Shown one piece after another: positions 16,921 through 19,449 of a DNA stretch of 19,449 nucleotides; position 1 is the stretch's first letter; each line of letters starts with the position of its first letter. The translations under genes were made by a program, and so were the position numbers. Source of the DNA: an uncultured archaeon. GTDB lineage: Archaea; Iainarchaeota; Iainarchaeia; Iainarchaeales; 0-14-0-20-30-16. The DNA is taken from contig CAZMCX010000007.1 of the NCBI GenBank assembly GCA_964565125.1, positions 1 to 19,449 on the forward strand. Direction: 5' to 3'. The notes beneath the pieces were generated by a model that was not told the origin of the DNA, made no database searches, and worked only from the letters and a program-made list of their open reading frames with translations.

Positions 16921-16954
16921 TAGCCTTTTAATAAAGGCTAAGTTTGCCAAAATT
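16921..16954 (+). repeat. 34-nt repeat, copy B (TAGCCTTTTAATAAAGGCTAAGTTTGCCAAAATT)
   Basis: 30/34 identical to 15394..15427. It begins 1 nt from the tRNA-Glu 5' end, on the opposite strand. It contains a perfect 8-bp hairpin TAGCCTTT-TAAT-AAAGGCTA followed by the core motif. Confidence 0.8.
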
Positions 16955-16990
16955 GGGCCCGTCTTCACGGCAAAGCCGCTCGACAGCCCG
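16955..16990 (-). ncRNA. GC-rich structured hairpin of unknown function (candidate leader element or small RNA)
   Basis: 26 of 36 nt are G/C, in an AT-rich context. The minus-sense sequence CGGGCUGUCGAGCGGCUUUGCCGUGAAGACGGGCCC folds as GGGC/GCCC, GUC/GAC and CGGC/GCCG helices around a G/A-rich internal loop (GAG vs UGAA). Confidence 0.3.
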
Positions 16991-17011
16991 TAATAAAACT
17001 GCTTTCGTAGC

Positions 17012-17052
17012 AATCTAAAAAAATATCTGTTATTCTATAAGAAAAAACAGAT
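17012..17052 (-). terminator. hairpin plus T7 run downstream of the ykgJ-like gene
   Basis: Arms ATCTGTT/AACAGAT (17025..17052) with an inner TTCT/AGAA extension. On the minus strand they are followed by ATTTTTTTAG. Confidence 0.5.
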
Positions 17053-17097
17053 TATGATTTTATTACTTGCAATATCTTTTAAAAGCTTATAGTTAGT

Positions 17098-17670
17098 TTA
17101 GCCTATTTTTTTCTTAATAAAATTCACAAGAACATCATTAACCACAAGTTTTTTACCTGCTGTCAGGGCCACAATATTGCTCTTACTTACTACGGGAAGC
17201 TCTCCGCCCCACGCCTGCTTAAAACCTTTAGATTGCATAGTTTTTATATAATTATCAAAGAGATAAAAGAACTTACGCGGGTTCTTTGCTTTCAAATTTT
17301 TGTCCAATTTACAAAATGGGAACTCTTCTCCATAGAACTTATAATTAGGGAATAGCCTACAAATCAATGGCCTTACATCATATATCTGACATTCAGAATC
17401 TTTCAGAAATGTACATTTGTAATCAGATTTTAACGAAAAAGATAAAAAATATGACTTTCCATATTCTCCCCCCACTTTTTTGTTGTCAACAAGAGACAAT
17501 TTTGTACTACCAGTAATATCATAGAATTCAATATAATAATCCACATATTTCTTTAAAAAATCCTTAACACTAATGCCCAAAAAAGAGGCAATTTCTTGTG
17601 CATTCTCTGGAAAAGTAAAAATTGTATACTTCCTGCAGCACAAATCACAGCCAGAACAAGGATTCTTCAT
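17098..17670 (-). CDS. YkgJ-family (UPF0153, CxxCxxCC) putative Fe-S/zinc-binding protein
   Basis: N-terminal CSGCDLCC, then the family-typical later Cys pattern (KCTFL...ECQIYDVRPLICRLFP). The ORF-track start is TTG at 17688. The ATG at 17670 (MKNPCSGC) lies about 27 nt from a TATA-like element. Confidence 0.8.
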   Translation of the reverse strand: MKNPCSGCDLCCRKYTIFTFPENAQEIASFLGISVKDFLKKYVDYYIEFYDITGSTKLSLVDNKKVGGEYGKSYFLSFSLKSDYKCTFLKDSECQIYDVRPLICRLFPNYKFYGEEFPFCKLDKNLKAKNPRKFFYLFDNYIKTMQSKGFKQAWGGELPVVSKSNIVALTAGKKLVVNDVLVNFIKKKIG

Positions 17671-17688
17671 AAATACTATTTCTGCCAA

Positions 17689-17702
17689 AGTATATTTAAA
17701 AA
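17689..17702. promoter_or_regulatory. single TATA-like element shared by the divergent ykgJ-like and gltX genes
   Basis: AGTATATTTAAAAA is centred near 17696-17699. That is about 27 nt from the ATG at 17670 (minus) and about 27 nt from the ATG at 17725 (plus). There is no SD-like element on either side. Confidence 0.4.
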
Positions 17703-17724
17703 CTGATATATCAATCCTTTTAAT

Positions 17725-19329
17725 ATGACAAACTATTCAAAAGACTTAAAAATTGCGGAAAAGAGCCTAGAAAAAATAAAAACTGAAATTGGATTAATTA
17801 TTGCAAAATACATTATCCATTTCAAAGAGCCACAAAACTTTTCAAAGATTTTTGGAATTTGCATGGGAAACCAAGAACTAAAAACTTATTTTTCAAAAAA
17901 TATAAAGGTAGCACAAGAATTATGCAAAGAAGTTACAGAAAAAGTAAATAAATTAAGTATTGAAGAATTACAAAAACAATTCCCTACTTGCTGCGAAGAA
18001 AAACCAAAAGAAAAAAGAGAGAAGAAACTAGAATACCCAAAAATGGAACTCGGAAAAGAGGTAGTAACTGCTTATCCACCAGATCCATCAAAATATCCAC
18101 ACATAGGACATGGTTATGCTTCTTTTATTAATTACAATTTTGCAAAAATGCATAATGGAAAGTTTATCTTAAGATTTGAGGACACAAACCCAGCAATAGT
18201 AAAAAAAGAATATTATGATGCAATTCTAAATGGATTAAAATGGTTAGGGGTTATCCCAGATAAAGTAGTAAATGCAAGCGACTATATTGAAAAACTTTAT
18301 GGCGAAACCAGAAAATTCATAAAAGCAAGCAATGTGTATATCTGCGATTGTTATGCAGATGTTGTTAAGTCAAATAGGCGAGCAAGAAAAGAATGCAAAT
18401 GTAGGAAAAAAACTGTTGAACAAAACTTAGAAGAATTCGAAAATTTAGTAAAAGGAAAATACGAGCCCGGAAAAAAACTGGTTAGACTAAAACTAAACAT
18501 GAAAAGCAAAAGAGCAGAAATAAGAGACCCAGGAATTATGAGAACTGTACTTGATGAACACCCATTAGTAGGAACAAAATACAAACTTTGGCCATCATAT
18601 GTTTGGCAAAACACATTTTTAGATAATTACAACGGAGTAACACACAGATTTAGATCAAAAGAATTTGAACCTTGGAAACCAGTACAAGAAGAAATCGCAA
18701 AAATGGCTGGTTTCAAAATGGCACAAATTTACGAATATGCTAGAGTAAATATTTCAGGAGTTAAAGCATCCGGAAGACAAATCAGAGAACTAGTTGAAAA
18801 AGGGGAAATGGAATGGGACGACCCAAGGTTAACTACTTTACTTTCACTAAAAAGAAGAGGATTTATTCCAAATGCAATTATTGAATTTATACAAAAAATG
18901 GGATTATCTAAGACTGAATCTACAGCGCAGTGGGGGGTATTAGAAAGCTTTAATAGAAAGGAATTAGCAAATGTTGAAAAAGTTGCATTCTTTACAAACA
19001 CAAAAGAGTTTATTGTAAACAAAGAAAAAATTTACATAAATCCAACAGATCTAAAAGAAGGAACTGAATATAGGTTAAGGCATTTTTGCAATGTTATTTA
19101 CAAAAAAGATAAACTAGATGTGTGCGGAAATGAAATAAAAAAAGGGATTTCTATTTTACCATTTGCAAAAGAAATAAAAGAAGTTACAGTTGTTATGGAC
19201 AATGCAAAAGAAGTTAAAGGATTTATAGAAGTCAAGCCACTAAAAGAAACAAATTACTTCTTTGAAGGATTAGGCTTTGTAAAAATAGATTCTTTAAAAC
19301 CACTTGTGGCGTATTTTACACACAAGTGA
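17725..19329 (+). CDS. gltX: glutamyl-tRNA synthetase (archaeal/eukaryotic type)
   Basis: A roughly 100-aa N-terminal helical extension as in archaeal GluRS, the HIGH motif (PHIGHGYA), RFEDTNP, and WDDPRLTTLLSLKRRGF. Archaea lack GlnRS, so GluRS is the likely call. Confidence 0.9.
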   Translation: MTNYSKDLKIAEKSLEKIKTEIGLIIAKYIIHFKEPQNFSKIFGICMGNQELKTYFSKNIKVAQELCKEVTEKVNKLSIEELQKQFPTCCEEKPKEKREKKLEYPKMELGKEVVTAYPPDPSKYPHIGHGYASFINYNFAKMHNGKFILRFEDTNPAIVKKEYYDAILNGLKWLGVIPDKVVNASDYIEKLYGETRKFIKASNVYICDCYADVVKSNRRARKECKCRKKTVEQNLEEFENLVKGKYEPGKKLVRLKLNMKSKRAEIRDPGIMRTVLDEHPLVGTKYKLWPSYVWQNTFLDNYNGVTHRFRSKEFEPWKPVQEEIAKMAGFKMAQIYEYARVNISGVKASGRQIRELVEKGEMEWDDPRLTTLLSLKRRGFIPNAIIEFIQKMGLSKTESTAQWGVLESFNRKELANVEKVAFFTNTKEFIVNKEKIYINPTDLKEGTEYRLRHFCNVIYKKDKLDVCGNEIKKGISILPFAKEIKEVTVVMDNAKEVKGFIEVKPLKETNYFFEGLGFVKIDSLKPLVAYFTHK

Positions 19330-19333
19330 TCAC

Positions 19334-19449
19334 TTAAATTTTTGTTTTGAGCCTTGCCCCGGAGTTAGCTAATTTCTGGTCAATTCTACTTTGGATTTTA
19401 TTTTTTAATCCCAAAGTCTTTGCTTTTGAAAGACGTTTAATATCAGAAT
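19334..19449 (-). CDS. 3' end of an unidentified gene truncated by the window edge
   Basis: An open minus-strand frame from the window edge reads ...SDIKRLSKAKTLGLKNKIQSRIDQKLANSGARLKTKI* with stop TAA at 19336..19334, 4 nt from the gltX stop. Only 37 codons are visible, so this is weak. Confidence 0.3.
   Translation of the reverse strand, partial: SDIKRLSKAKTLGLKNKIQSRIDQKLANSGARLKTKI

Noticed and set aside
15394-16954. 34-nt direct repeats considered as att sites of an integrated mobile element targeting tRNA-Glu
   Set aside because: The 1.5-kb segment between them has no integrase, transposase or other mobility gene. The repeat does not include tRNA sequence, whereas integrative elements normally duplicate part of the tRNA. 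I keep it only as a low-probability alternative in the findings.
16794-16990. Bulge-helix-bulge (splicing-endonuclease) motif, or a split/permuted tRNA architecture
   Set aside because: I could not draw the required geometry of a 3-nt bulge, a 4-bp helix and a 3-nt bulge in the leader/trailer helix or in the GC-rich hairpin, whose loops face each other. The tRNA is contiguous and unpermuted.
16780-17013. 77-aa minus-strand ORF
   Set aside because: It reads straight through tRNA-Glu, the flanking repeats and the GC-rich hairpin. The tRNA explains the open frame and the GC content.
15397-17097. Box C/D or H/ACA guide RNAs in the long spacers
   Set aside because: No RUGAUGA C box was found on either strand. 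The GC hairpin is too short and has no adequate pseudouridylation pocket or clear ACA box, only a possible AUA on the opposite strand.
18351-19022. 87-aa and 97-aa minus-strand ORFs inside gltX
   Set aside because: They are antisense to gltX and have no supporting signals.

Overview
This is an AT-rich, very gene-dense fragment that reads as a streamlined archaeal chromosome. A DPANN-like lineage is my inference, not something shown. Supporting it are archaeal-type PheRS beta, AlaRS with an N-terminal Cys module, GluRS with an N-terminal helical extension, AglB/STT3, an Alg7/AglH-type GlcNAc-1-P transferase, NurA, and TATA-like boxes about 27 nt upstream of several ATGs. Nearly all coding content is housekeeping. 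It comprises adk-ndk, tldD-pmbA, four aminoacyl-tRNA synthetase genes (pheT, alaS, serS, gltX), an alaS-aglB-aglH-membrane protein operon, a NurA-like nuclease, a YkgJ-type CxxCxxCC protein, a few small or membrane proteins, and one tRNA-Glu(UUC). I see no CRISPR array, transposase, integrase, toxin-antitoxin pair or recognisable defence operon. I therefore cannot support a novel multi-gene protein system here. The unexplained signal is non-coding and lies in the two long intergenic regions at 15.4-17.1 kb. They hold at least 5 copies of a CTAAGTTTGCCAAAA motif, two of them extended to 34 nt at 30/34 identity. One inverted pair of this motif forms a 15-bp leader/trailer helix around tRNA-Glu, and that helix is fully paired only in the tRNA sense. 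The same regions carry a 72% GC hairpin, a run of perfect 11-13 bp hairpins, and an uncalled 43-aa Arg/Lys-rich ORF with a Shine-Dalgarno site. Secondary observations are a WWSEG variant of the AglB WWDXG motif, an odd T-loop in the tRNA, and ORF-track starts at GTG/TTG a few codons upstream of better ATGs. All calls rest on reading motifs by eye. No searches or folding computations were run.
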